64,000 nt of DNA, from the NCBI GenBank assembly GCA_965197745.1, contig CBDANS010000007.1:1696001-1760000 (forward strand), in the 5' to 3' direction. Positions within the stretch are counted from its first letter, which is position 1, and every line of letters starts with the position of its first letter. The notes beneath the pieces were generated by a model. That model worked only from the letters and a program-made list of their open reading frames with translations, was not told the DNA's origin and did not search any database. Origin of the DNA: Opitutales bacterium (GTDB lineage Bacteria > Verrucomicrobiota > Verrucomicrobiia > Opitutales > PNEW01). Of the stretch, positions 1 to 9,689 are shown piece by piece. Both the position numbers and the translations under genes were made by a program.

Positions 1-95
1 AAGTTTTGTGCCTCAAAGTTTGAATGGGAAGACTTATACTTTTACTCCTTTAGGGTATTTTGAATTGGTCGTGACCACGAGAAATCGCAATAATC

Positions 96-245
96 ATCGA
101 TTAATTGATTGATCGCTCTAAAATATTTTTAGGCCTTCGGTATGGGCGATCTATCATAATATCGCTAGCTAGAGGGAGAAGGAAACCCCCTCTAAATCAG
201 ACAAAAAAGATCATCCGAGGCTGGGTTATCAATCAATTAAGCGAT
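96..245. repeat. Inverted-repeat-bounded structured element (18-bp terminal IR, 1 mismatch, internal hairpins)
   Basis: ATCGATTAATTGATTGAT (96-113) versus ATCAATCAATTAAGCGAT (228-245); 13-bp perfect core 101-113/228-240; internal hairpins at 118-132, 146-165 and 170-194. Confidence 0.5.
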
Positions 246-456
246 CGCATATCACTAATGAATAATACAAGGAGTCAGGAGGTTTCCTTTGCTTAAGGAT
301 AGCGGGATGTAGTTTAATAGATCGCTCATGCAAAGGTACAGAAAAATAGATGTCCAATATTATTAAATGCAAATAGTGATGAATAAAAGTAGATCAGGAA
401 TAGATCAGTATGTTTATTGGACTGTCCCTCTATTATCATAACTTACTGATTGTCAA

Positions 457-504
457 TGGTGGGCTCTGCAGGATTCGAACCTTAGACCAAAGGATTATTA
501 GTCC
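457..504 (-). pseudogene. Degenerate 3' half of a tRNA (Ile2/Met CAT-like); probable att-site remnant
   Basis: Minus strand reads GGACTAATAATCCTTTGGTCTAAGGTTCGAATCCTGCAGAGCCCACCA: T-loop GGTTCGAATCC, acceptor 3' strand and CCA end. T-stem is mismatched, the anticodon loop reads AAT, and there is no D-arm. Confidence 0.7.
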
Positions 505-583
505 ATAGCAAGTCAGCATCATCTTAGCCCTCCAATCCTGGGGAACACATCATTGCTGCAGAACATTAACCTTTTCGTTCGAC

Positions 584-938
584 TTAACTACTTGCTTCGT
601 TACAGTTTGAACTATAGCTTAAGTAGTCCCCAATCAACCGAGTCATGACAATTCGTATCTCATCTTTGGTATCTGGAAACTCATTTGTTCCTTGTGGATA
701 AGTTTCATCAAGGAGGAAGACTACCCCTGTGGTTGTGTTAAAACCCACGGTACAGAAGAGTATTGGCTCCACAGTCCTTCAGGGACTTGTAAAGATCAGA
801 CCCGATGAAGCCGCTCAGTCCTCGATTCGCCCATGACAAGACCTCTTGGGTGAAGTCTGATGATTTTAGCCCAACCCGGCGATTGGGGATCCGAAACGAT
901 GGAACTGATTGGTTTGCCTCGTGAATTTCGCAAGCCAT
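584..938 (-). pseudogene. Probable isochorismatase-like cysteine hydrolase remnant (frameshifted)
   Basis: Overlapping ORFs 738-938 and 584-772 join near 750 to give RGLSGFIGSDLYKSLKDCGANTLL-VGFNTTTGV, resembling the family pattern SxFxGTDLxxxLxxxGxxTLxxxGxxTxxCV; Gly at the Cys position. Confidence 0.45.
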
Positions 939-1367
939 GTTTTGAGATCCGTGCGGCAGTCAGTTAATGACGGTGCAATGAGTGATTCGACGATAGGATT
1001 AAAATAGGGGCAGCAATCGTTGTCACAATCAATGAGCTAAATTTATGGGTTTCTGGATTTAGAGTCAGAATTGTGTTTGTAAAATCTTAGATTCGATCAT
1101 CTATGAATTGAACTGGTAGTTGCATCTTCTTAATTTTAAGAGCAAACTTATGAGTGTAAGAGATAGGTGTAGTTAAAAATAAACAATAAGATATGGTGAT
1201 ACCCACTCCCCCAATGCTCCCCCATTTACGCTATTGCACGCTATATGCGACTATTTAATTTCTCGAGGATTATGAGAAATACTGATTCATAAGTACTTAA
1301 TAATTAATATATAGCGTTAACTAATAGGTAGTTATATATTGGAGAGTTGAATTACATAACAAAGGCT

Positions 1368-2150
1368 TCAGAATCCTTTATACTCAAAGAAAAAGGGCTG
1401 ATAGGCTCTGGCGGTCACCGGTTTGCCTTTTTTTATAGGAGGTTGGAACTTCCAATCTTTGATCGCCGCCAGCGCCGCGATCGCAAAATAATCATTCGAT
1501 GACGATTTAATACCGGGGGCTTTGACATTGCCCTGGGGGTCAATGAAAAACTCAACCAGGACCTGGCCGCTGGCCTGTAGATCAAACATTTCTTTGGGAA
1601 ATAGAGGGGCTACTGTAAAGCTGACTTCAGGTACGTAGTCTAATTCATCCACATTGCTCACAAGATACAATTTATTATTTATGGTATCATTTTTAAACAT
1701 TGCTTCGTCGATAATTGAGGCATGGACAATACCCCCTCTTCCATCACTTAAATCATAGGAAGCTTTTACAAACACTCTATTGGATTGAGCTTTACCAAGT
1801 TCGATTCTTGGAGAAAATTCCCATTTTTTTACGGCCCGGATAGTCGATCGGGCAAAGGCATGGTGTGAAGCTGCAAATTCAACGAAATCCCGTTTACGCC
1901 CTTTATCGTCGACGATAAAGACTATGATGGCAAAACCATTAGTCACCCCGGTTTTTGATACAACCGAGGGGAAATACGGTTTAACGGCTTTGAGCACTTG
2001 TAAATCGCGGTCATGATCTTCACTGTTTCCGTTTTGAGCCAAAGCACTCGGGTGGTGGATCAAAACCAAGCTACTAACAATGAGGGGGAAAAGAAGAAGC
2101 CTATAAGAGTATAATTTCAAAAGTGATATGAGGTTGGAATGAGGAATCAA
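1368..2150 (-). CDS. Energy transducer TonB family protein with two TonB C-terminal domains
   Basis: N-terminal hydrophobic segment; repeated PxFP...V.F.(V/I)D..G...A(V/I)K.W.F.P....GK motifs. Confidence 0.8.
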   Translation of the reverse strand: MIPHSNLISLLKLYSYRLLLFPLIVSSLVLIHHPSALAQNGNSEDHDRDLQVLKAVKPYFPSVVSKTGVTNGFAIIVFIVDDKGRKRDFVEFAASHHAFARSTIRAVKKWEFSPRIELGKAQSNRVFVKASYDLSDGRGGIVHASIIDEAMFKNDTINNKLYLVSNVDELDYVPEVSFTVAPLFPKEMFDLQASGQVLVEFFIDPQGNVKAPGIKSSSNDYFAIAALAAIKDWKFQPPIKKGKPVTARAYQPFFFEYKGF

Positions 2151-2375
2151 TAAGAATTCCCGTCTGTTAATTAGAGGGCTTAATTAATATATGCATAATT
2201 GCGGGCATTTCAAAGGATAATGACTGAAAATAGATAAATATCCGGGTTTTGACATAGAATATAATTATTGTTCCTCTTTCGCTTTTGTGATGCATCTCTT
2301 ACCATGATTATATTCATTTACGTATTCGGAACAAATTCTTAATTTAAGAGACGAAATACAATAACCGTTCAAGTA

Positions 2376-4142
2376 ATGCGATTACCCCATGCCATTTTAT
2401 CATTAATTGCTGTATTGACTCTTACGGAGTCGATAGCGCAAACCTCAGTACCCACTTTGATCCAAGCTATTTCGGATATTGAAGTGACCGCAAGTAATGA
2501 GCCCATAGTTATCAATTTAAAGGAGGTATTTGCGGTCCCGGGTGTGGATGAACAAGTTGTTCAATTTGATACCTCGCTCGGTGTATTTAACATAGAATTA
2601 TTCGCTTCGGCAGTACCTATTACCGTTAATAACTTCCTCAATTATGTAAATGAAGGAACATACACGAACACGATTATCCATTTTACCGAACCTATATTCC
2701 TGGGGCTCATTCAAGGAGGAAGATATACGCTTCTTCCCATCCCTTTTGATCCCATACCGACAGGCCCGTCAATTATGGGGGAGCCAGGAATTCTCCATAA
2801 CAGAGGAACTATCTCAACGACCGTTATTAGTGAAGACCCCAATACGGCTACAGCTGGCTGGCATATCAATGTTCTGGATAATGGAAATTTATATCCCAAT
2901 AACACGGTGTTTGGAGAAGTGATTGGTACTGGGATTGATGTCATAAATTCCATTGCGACGCTCAGTGTCACTTTTATTAATAGTTTTACCCTACCAAGAT
3001 TGCCGGTTATCAATTATTTCGGCGGGGATTTATCAACTGATAATATTGTTTTCGTATTTACTATAACTCCACTGCCGGTATTTCCTGAAGAATCAGGGGG
3101 GATATCGGTTTTGAATTTTGAAGCAGAAAACAGTAACCCTGCCCTGGTGACAGCCTCGTTTAACGGTTCGCAGTTGACCCTGTATTTAGCCCCAGAACAA
3201 TCGGGGACAGCTGATATTACGGTGCGCGCAATAGATTCGAATGACAATATTAGTGAGGATACTTTTCGTCTCAGTGCAAGCGCTGGTGGGACTACTCCTG
3301 TGGAATTGGTCGTCCAGGGATCTGGCAATGTAGTAGGAGAGAATATCCAGCACCCCAGTGGAAATATCTTTGATCAGGTTCTGATGACCGGTGAGAGTAT
3401 CAAGTTGCGCGCAAAAAATAACCAAATTACGCGGGTCTCGCTTTTGGATGAAAATGAAGATATTCTACAAGTTGAATTTTCTGGGAGTGGAATTCTTACC
3501 GTTGAATTAGATCCAGATACATTTGTGCCTGCAGCACCACCGGCTAAATATAACCAACCCTCGGTAAGTTATGTAAGAGGACGGCCCACGGTTCGTGTTG
3601 AAGGTGCTGACGCAAATACTTTTTTAAGTATTTTTACGGTGGGAAGTATTAATGCCGTTAATCAAGCCTTATTCCCTGAAGGGGTTGTCTATGACGCCGA
3701 AGCAGATGTTAAATTGGTTGAAGTCCTTAATTCTTCGGCGATAGGGGGTATGCAGTTTTCCAATGTGGTGTTTTCCGGCAGTAGCGGAAAGGTTGGCATT
3801 GATGCCCGTGGAGTAACCGTAGCGACTCGCGTGACGGTGGGCGATATTGAAGCCAGTGGTGTCGCAACACCCCATTTATTATTCGCTCCTGGTTCTTTTA
3901 CCGTAAATGCACCCAATTCCGGAATGCGCATTACAGGAGGAGATCTCTTTCAGAGTAACGGTTTACAAGCGGTTTTAGTAGCTGAAGAAGACTCAACCGA
4001 TGCCGGTTTTACGAAATTGATCACCCAGAATAACTTCAAGTCGGACGAAACCCCTCAACCGACCCAAAGTATCACTGTGGATTTTGCGAACGAAGATGGG
4101 ATTATTATCCCAATTCCTATCGAAGAACTTACCATAGAGTAG
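2376..4142 (+). CDS. Exported protein: cyclophilin-like domain, Ig/cadherin-like segment and uncharacterised C-terminal domain
   Basis: Signal peptide; LGVFNIELF..PITVNNFLNYV..G.Y.NTIIH, IQGG, RGTI, VFGEV cyclophilin motifs; QSGTADITVRAID Ig-like motif. Confidence 0.8.
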   Translation: MRLPHAILSLIAVLTLTESIAQTSVPTLIQAISDIEVTASNEPIVINLKEVFAVPGVDEQVVQFDTSLGVFNIELFASAVPITVNNFLNYVNEGTYTNTIIHFTEPIFLGLIQGGRYTLLPIPFDPIPTGPSIMGEPGILHNRGTISTTVISEDPNTATAGWHINVLDNGNLYPNNTVFGEVIGTGIDVINSIATLSVTFINSFTLPRLPVINYFGGDLSTDNIVFVFTITPLPVFPEESGGISVLNFEAENSNPALVTASFNGSQLTLYLAPEQSGTADITVRAIDSNDNISEDTFRLSASAGGTTPVELVVQGSGNVVGENIQHPSGNIFDQVLMTGESIKLRAKNNQITRVSLLDENEDILQVEFSGSGILTVELDPDTFVPAAPPAKYNQPSVSYVRGRPTVRVEGADANTFLSIFTVGSINAVNQALFPEGVVYDAEADVKLVEVLNSSAIGGMQFSNVVFSGSSGKVGIDARGVTVATRVTVGDIEASGVATPHLLFAPGSFTVNAPNSGMRITGGDLFQSNGLQAVLVAEEDSTDAGFTKLITQNNFKSDETPQPTQSITVDFANEDGIIIPIPIEELTIE

Positions 4143-4203
4143 GCGGAAAATACTGTATATTAGTTGATGAGGTAGATTATTGCCGTGAAATCGATATTTA
4201 AAT

Positions 4204-4848
4204 TCAGGGCATAGATATGTGCTGTGTTATGCTTTGCATGGCAGGATGCCCGGATATTTTAGAGAGCGCCTTTTGCAGTAAAGTCTTGCCGGGTTCCATG
4301 CGCGGCCAGGGCGATGCGCCCGAAGGGTGGGGAAGGGGGATAAAGTCGTATTCATGACTATTATAGGCTAATTTATAACTGTGACCAATGATTTCATTTA
4401 AAGCGGTGTAATTCATGAATTGAGCAATTGCCAGTTTACCGACTGGAATAACCAATTTTGGCCTGAGGATATCAAATTCAGTTTTAAGCCAATGAGCACA
4501 ATTTATAACTTCCTCATTGTCAGGGACACGATCACCTCCTTTAAGTTTTTTACCGGGATAACAACGGCAAACGGCGGCCATATAAATGGAATTGCGAAAT
4601 TGGTTCTCATTTAAACCGCTGGATTTTTCGAACCATTGAAAAAGCGTTTTGCCTGCAGTCCAGGCAAAGGGTTTTTTTAAGATAGGCTCCTTTACCCCGG
4701 GCGCTTGTCCCACAAGAATAATTTCACTGTTTACGGGATTGCCGGTTACGACGGGTTTATACATCTTGGGACACTTATCGCAGGCACTCAATTTCCTGAT
4801 ATGATTTTTCAGAATTGTTTTCTGTCGTTTATCGGATGATTGAACCAT
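4204..4848 (-). CDS. Uracil-DNA glycosylase superfamily protein (family 4-like)
   Basis: GQAPG and HPS motifs; CxxC, CRC and a later Cys as possible Fe-S ligands. Confidence 0.85.
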   Translation of the reverse strand: MVQSSDKRQKTILKNHIRKLSACDKCPKMYKPVVTGNPVNSEIILVGQAPGVKEPILKKPFAWTAGKTLFQWFEKSSGLNENQFRNSIYMAAVCRCYPGKKLKGGDRVPDNEEVINCAHWLKTEFDILRPKLVIPVGKLAIAQFMNYTALNEIIGHSYKLAYNSHEYDFIPLPHPSGASPWPRMEPGKTLLQKALSKISGHPAMQSITQHISMP

Positions 4849-4897
4849 TTCCTATGGAATATTTACCATATACTGGGGCAGTGGTTTTATCTTTATG

Positions 4898-6304
4898 CTA
4901 TGGCAAAGGCCAATTGAGCGAGTCCGTTCGGGCTGTTTTCAGATAATTCTCCAAAAGGGACACGATTTCAGGATTATGAACGGCTAGATTACGTTTTTCG
5001 GAGAGGTCGTCAGATAAATCATAAAGTTCCAATGACATGGCAGGATCCAGGCGGACCGCTTTCCAATTTTTCCACCGCACGGCCTGTTGAAAACCTCGCT
5101 CCTGGAATACTTTATCCACTTTCCAGTGATTTTCCCAATAAATAAATCGGTCAGCGGTGTTCTGGGGTTTCCCAAGGAGCATCGGTAAAACGCTTATACC
5201 ATCGACTTCTGCCGGTGGGGAAATTCCAGCAAGTTCTGTTGCGGTGGGGAGGAAATCCGCAAAGTGCCACACGGCATCGCTTGTCTCCCCTTTTTTTACA
5301 CGACCCGGCCAGCTAACTATCATTGGCACTCGAATTCCACCCTCTAATAAATCCCCCTTGTAACCCCTCAAGGGCCCATTATTATCGAAGCGTTCACTAC
5401 CCACTTTAAGCGCCCCGTTATCAGAACTAAAGAAGATGATAGTATCACCATCTATATTCAGCTCATCAAGCAAGTCGAGAATACTGCCCACACTATTATC
5501 GATGTGTGCAATCATTGCTGCGAACACTTTCTCTTTTGTGTCCCAGGATTTATTTGAATAGGGGTGGTTGCCCTGGACAGAGAATTTATCGTGAGGTCCG
5601 TGAGGTAAAGTCCAGGGCAGATAGAGGAAAAATGGGCCGTCTTTATGCTCCCGAATAAAACTCAAGGCAAATTCAGTAAATACATTCTGTGAATAAGTAT
5701 TCTTATTCAAGCCCCTGTTCCCCTCCAAGTGTAAAATGGCATTATTGCGCCAAAGAAATTCGGGGAAGAATTCGAGGGCATGATCCTGATTGAGATAGCC
5801 TAACCATTCGTCGAATCCCTGTTTCGTGGGAAGTCCCGTCGTTTGAGGCTCACCCAAACCCCACTTTCCCGCGATTCCCGTAGTGTACCCGGCCTTTTTA
5901 AGAACTTCTGCTATGGTAATGTTTTCCAATTCAAGAGCGACACGACCTTCCGGGCCAATACCGCCTATTTTAGCGTGATTACCGCGAAGACGGGTGTGCC
6001 CGACATGTTGCCCCGTCATTAATACATTGCGTGAAGGAGCACAGATGGGTGATCCCGCATAACATTGAGTGAAACGGGTTCCGTTTCTGGCAAGGTGATC
6101 TAAATGGGGTGTTTTTATGAGCTTTTGGCCGTAAGAACCTAGATTTCCATAACCCAAATCATCAGCCAATATAAAGATAATATTCGGTTGTATTCCTCCT
6201 GCCGTTGAGGAACTGGCAGCCAATTGCATGGCACAAATGAAGGGAGTGATGGATGCAGCTACTCCACAGACTAACTGCTTTAGAAATTTACGGCGGCTAT
6301 GCAT
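4898..6304 (-). CDS. Arylsulfatase (formylglycine-dependent), Tat-exported
   Basis: SRRKFLK twin-arginine signal; PNIIFILADDLGY, CAPSR, GKWGLG, SDNG, EGGIRVP motifs. Confidence 0.92.
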   Translation of the reverse strand: MHSRRKFLKQLVCGVAASITPFICAMQLAASSSTAGGIQPNIIFILADDLGYGNLGSYGQKLIKTPHLDHLARNGTRFTQCYAGSPICAPSRNVLMTGQHVGHTRLRGNHAKIGGIGPEGRVALELENITIAEVLKKAGYTTGIAGKWGLGEPQTTGLPTKQGFDEWLGYLNQDHALEFFPEFLWRNNAILHLEGNRGLNKNTYSQNVFTEFALSFIREHKDGPFFLYLPWTLPHGPHDKFSVQGNHPYSNKSWDTKEKVFAAMIAHIDNSVGSILDLLDELNIDGDTIIFFSSDNGALKVGSERFDNNGPLRGYKGDLLEGGIRVPMIVSWPGRVKKGETSDAVWHFADFLPTATELAGISPPAEVDGISVLPMLLGKPQNTADRFIYWENHWKVDKVFQERGFQQAVRWKNWKAVRLDPAMSLELYDLSDDLSEKRNLAVHNPEIVSLLENYLKTARTDSLNWPLP

Positions 6305-6567
6305 AAAATTAAAGTATAGGATAATAACTGAGACATTGCCAATTCGATATTAATTCACGAGACAGGTTAAATTAAGCATTATAAAAAAAACTAGACGAAG
6401 AAAGATCGAGGGCCTATCTTAAAATGCCTTAAAATCAAGCTTAAGCTCTTAGGTTGTGACAGATTAATAATAAACAAAAGATTGCATTTTCGTTATCTAT
6501 GCAATTAATTATCAAACGTCGATTCCGATAGCATTCTGCCCCATTGGAATCAGACCCTTTAATACGA

Positions 6568-7704
6568 ATGAAATTTAATTTACCTTTTGAGAGGATTAAC
6601 TGGATTACTAGCGCTTTCCTCATAGTCACTTTCCTAACAACGGTAACGGCAGTGCCTGTCTACCTTTGGCATTATGACATAGACTTGTTTCAAGCAGCAT
6701 TGTTTCTATTCTATTTTATGGCAACCGGTCTCAGTATTACCTTGGGCTATCATCGACTTTTTACCCATTTATCATTCAAGGCAACTTGGCCGGTTAAATT
6801 TTTTACACTGGTATTTGGAGCGGCTGCATTTGAGCAATCTGCTCTCGAATGGGTTTCTGATCACCGCACGCATCATAAACAAGTAGATCATGAGAATGAT
6901 CCATACGATATTACAAAAGGGTTCTTTCACGCCCATATCGGCTGGCTTCTATTTAAATTTCATCCGGAAAATCCATTAGATAACGTCAACGATTTGAGAA
7001 AAGATCCGCTCGTTATTTGGCAGTATCGGTGGTGGGTCCCGGTGGGTGTTTTTACAGGATATATTATGCCTGCGATAATAGGCTATCTTTATGGTGGTTC
7101 CCAGGCTGCGCTCGGAGCTTTCCTTCTCTCTGGTGTAGCGAGACAAGTCTTTGTCCAGCATATGACTTTTTTGATCAATTCATTCTGTCACACTTTCGGA
7201 AAGCAAACTTACTCAAGTAAATGCAGCGCGCGAGATAGCAGTTTTATCGCGTTTTTTACTTTTGGTGAGGGCTATCATAATTTTCATCACGAATTTCAGC
7301 ACGATTACCGCAATGGGGTAAAACTCTGGCACTTTGATCCTACCAAGTGGACGATTTGGATTTTACACAAACTCGGTCTGGTGACTAACCTTCGCATGGT
7401 TTCCAAAGAAAAAATCCTGATGGCTGAACTTGCAGAGATCAGGCACCTCGTTGATAAAAGACTCCAATCCTCGACCGTTCAGATCCCTCATGGCACACGT
7501 CAGTTTTTGCAGCACTCCGCAGATTACCTTCAGGAAATATCCGGAAATTTGAGTTCAAGATACAAGGAGTTACAAACAGTCATTGAGCAGAAAATTGAAC
7601 TCTCTAAAGAAACCTTAGCTCTATGGCGGCGTGAAATTAATGAAGCCAAGGCTTACTTAAAATTCCTTCATCAGACGGAATTTGGTTTCCAGGGCGCAGC
7701 CTGA
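6568..7704 (+). CDS. Delta-9 acyl-CoA/acyl-lipid fatty acid desaturase
   Basis: His boxes HRLFTH, HRTHH and GEGYHNFHH; transmembrane segments; ATG 6568 preferred to TTG 6544. Confidence 0.92.
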   Translation: MKFNLPFERINWITSAFLIVTFLTTVTAVPVYLWHYDIDLFQAALFLFYFMATGLSITLGYHRLFTHLSFKATWPVKFFTLVFGAAAFEQSALEWVSDHRTHHKQVDHENDPYDITKGFFHAHIGWLLFKFHPENPLDNVNDLRKDPLVIWQYRWWVPVGVFTGYIMPAIIGYLYGGSQAALGAFLLSGVARQVFVQHMTFLINSFCHTFGKQTYSSKCSARDSSFIAFFTFGEGYHNFHHEFQHDYRNGVKLWHFDPTKWTIWILHKLGLVTNLRMVSKEKILMAELAEIRHLVDKRLQSSTVQIPHGTRQFLQHSADYLQEISGNLSSRYKELQTVIEQKIELSKETLALWRREINEAKAYLKFLHQTEFGFQGAA

Positions 7705-7732
7705 GTCAGTATATTCAGGGGACTGCTCAATC

Positions 7733-8425
7733 TTAAATAAAAGTGCCGTCCTGCATGTGCAGGACTTCGTCACACCGCTTTGCGAGATCGTTATTGTGGG
7801 TGACGAGAAGGACGGTGTTTCCTTTCTCCCGAGTTATCTTGTAAAGGATATCAAATACAATATTTGAATTTCTTACATCCAAATTACCTGTAGGTTCGTC
7901 AGCAAGAATGAGGGATGGTGAATTGGCAAGGGCACGGGCAATAGCCACCCGTTGCTGTTCGCCACCGGAGAGCTGATTAGCGGGCCGATCTGCTTTATCA
8001 CCCAATTCAACATCATTTAGCAACGACTGTGCCTGCTCGCGTATTTCGGGAAGTGAAAATTTCCGTTGTTTCAGCATGGGAAGAGTAATATTCTCAGCCA
8101 CGTTAAATTCGGGAAGAAGAAAATGAAACTGAAAGACGAATCCTATATGGTCGTTTCGCGCTTTAGTGCGCTCACTATCCGAGGCTAAAGTCATCGATTG
8201 TTGTCTAAGAATTATTTCCCCGGCATCGGGTCGATCAAGGAGACCGGCAAGAAAGAGGAAAGTACTTTTGCCACAACCGGAAGGCCCGACAATGGCACAG
8301 ATTTTTGCGGGGAGAAGGGTGAGATTAATACCGTGAAGAATAGAGGCATGCGTTCCTCCTACGCGAAGGCTGTGTTCAATTCCCTTGCATTGTAAAACGG
8401 GGCTATCCGGGTTTTTGTTAATCAC
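7733..8425 (-). CDS. ABC transporter ATP-binding protein (LolD/MacB-like)
   Basis: [33 protein letters not shown]. Confidence 0.92.
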   Translation of the reverse strand: MINKNPDSPVLQCKGIEHSLRVGGTHASILHGINLTLLPAKICAIVGPSGCGKSTFLFLAGLLDRPDAGEIILRQQSMTLASDSERTKARNDHIGFVFQFHFLLPEFNVAENITLPMLKQRKFSLPEIREQAQSLLNDVELGDKADRPANQLSGGEQQRVAIARALANSPSLILADEPTGNLDVRNSNIVFDILYKITREKGNTVLLVTHNNDLAKRCDEVLHMQDGTFI

Positions 8426-9675
8426 TGTCCGGTTCCTCTAATAATTACAGCGGGTTCTAAACGAGCGGCTTTACGAGCGGGTAAGATGCTGGCGATAAAG
8501 ACCACGACGAAAGCGGTGATCGCGGCAGCGAGATAATGCCATAAACTCCAGTTCACGATAAAATGATCAGTCGTAAATATCCCTCTTATGCGTATGGGGA
8601 GTACGGAAACGGCATATGTCATTCCCGCGCCTAAGAGAAGTCCAAAACCGGCACCCAGGATATATATGATCATTCCCTGAGTTATAAAAACTCGTCCAAT
8701 ATCAAATCGCGTGTAACCGATAGATCTTAGAATAGCAATTTCGCGACTCTTTTCCATGACAATGATCGCTAAAGTATTAAACATACCCAGTCCTGAAATG
8801 ATGATGATCGTAGACACCGTAATCGCTGAAGAGAGGCGAAGTGCGCGAAAGACATCGAGCCAGACATGTTCCCGGTCCTGCCAACTTTCAACGCTGTGTC
8901 CTAATACCGAGCTCATGTGTGTCGCATTTTCCCGGGCTCGATTTTTATTAAATAGATTCACCTGTAGAAAAGATACACCAAATGGCTTTTTTAATACCGT
9001 TCGTGCTTGTTCGAGATGGGTAAAAACCCAGTTTTTATCTATCTCTGATACACCTGTTTCGTAGATGGCACTGACACGAACCTGATGGTTTTCCCCCTTT
9101 GACCAAATCATTAAATTATCACCAACGTTTAACTGCATGCGTTGTGCTAAAGTCTGACCCACGAGAATTCCGCTTGGCCTGCGACTGAATTCATTAAGAT
9201 CTCCATAGACGATTGTATCTTCCAGATCTGATACAGAAATATGGTTTTCCAAATCGATACCATGCAAACTAACTCTCTCCGTGATAAAATTATTACTCAG
9301 ACTGATTTCACCGCGAATCACTTCCGAGACCGCCGAAACATTGCGGAATTCATTCACCGCATTAATCAGCTGTCTGGGATTATCTATTCCTTTGACGAAT
9401 TTTCTCCCTTCGGTGTGGGCAAAGGAGAATTGTGAATTACCCCCATTTATCCGTGCCAATTCTATACTGCGTAAGGTGCTTTGCGTTTTGTCTTGAATAC
9501 GGAGAGCCCCTTTAGTCCCCAATATAGTATCAATAAAAAAGATTTCAAACCCACTGGTCAGCGCCTGGGTAAGAATAATAAAAGCTACCCCAAAGGCGAT
9601 ACCCGTGAGGCTCATAATCATAGCCCGTTTCTTGGATCGCAAAAAACGAAAAGCGATGCTGATTTCTGGCGGCAT
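8422..9675 (-). CDS. ABC permease, FtsX/LolE/MacB-like
   Basis: One N-terminal TM, periplasmic domain, three C-terminal TMs; EIAILRSIG and PARKAARLEP motifs; 4-bp overlap with the ATPase gene. Confidence 0.9.
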   Translation of the reverse strand: MPPEISIAFRFLRSKKRAMIMSLTGIAFGVAFIILTQALTSGFEIFFIDTILGTKGALRIQDKTQSTLRSIELARINGGNSQFSFAHTEGRKFVKGIDNPRQLINAVNEFRNVSAVSEVIRGEISLSNNFITERVSLHGIDLENHISVSDLEDTIVYGDLNEFSRRPSGILVGQTLAQRMQLNVGDNLMIWSKGENHQVRVSAIYETGVSEIDKNWVFTHLEQARTVLKKPFGVSFLQVNLFNKNRARENATHMSSVLGHSVESWQDREHVWLDVFRALRLSSAITVSTIIIISGLGMFNTLAIIVMEKSREIAILRSIGYTRFDIGRVFITQGMIIYILGAGFGLLLGAGMTYAVSVLPIRIRGIFTTDHFIVNWSLWHYLAAAITAFVVVFIASILPARKAARLEPAVIIRGTGQ

Positions 9676-9689
9676 TTAAATGGCCGTAA

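Noticed and set aside
241..248. HIP1 palindrome GCGATCGC as a cyanobacterial signature
   Set aside because: Only sporadic occurrences in the window, and gene content is not cyanobacterial
105..296. 63-aa ORF over the inverted-repeat element
   Set aside because: TTG start, no recognisable motif; better explained as chance within a structured non-coding element
457..532. Intact tRNA gene
   Set aside because: GGGCT near 526-530 could pair with part of the acceptor stem, but there is no D-arm and the T and anticodon stems are mismatched
7733..9675. Calling the ABC pair lolD/lolE
   Set aside because: Operon context with a periplasmic adaptor and TolC favours a MacAB-type exporter; symbols withheld
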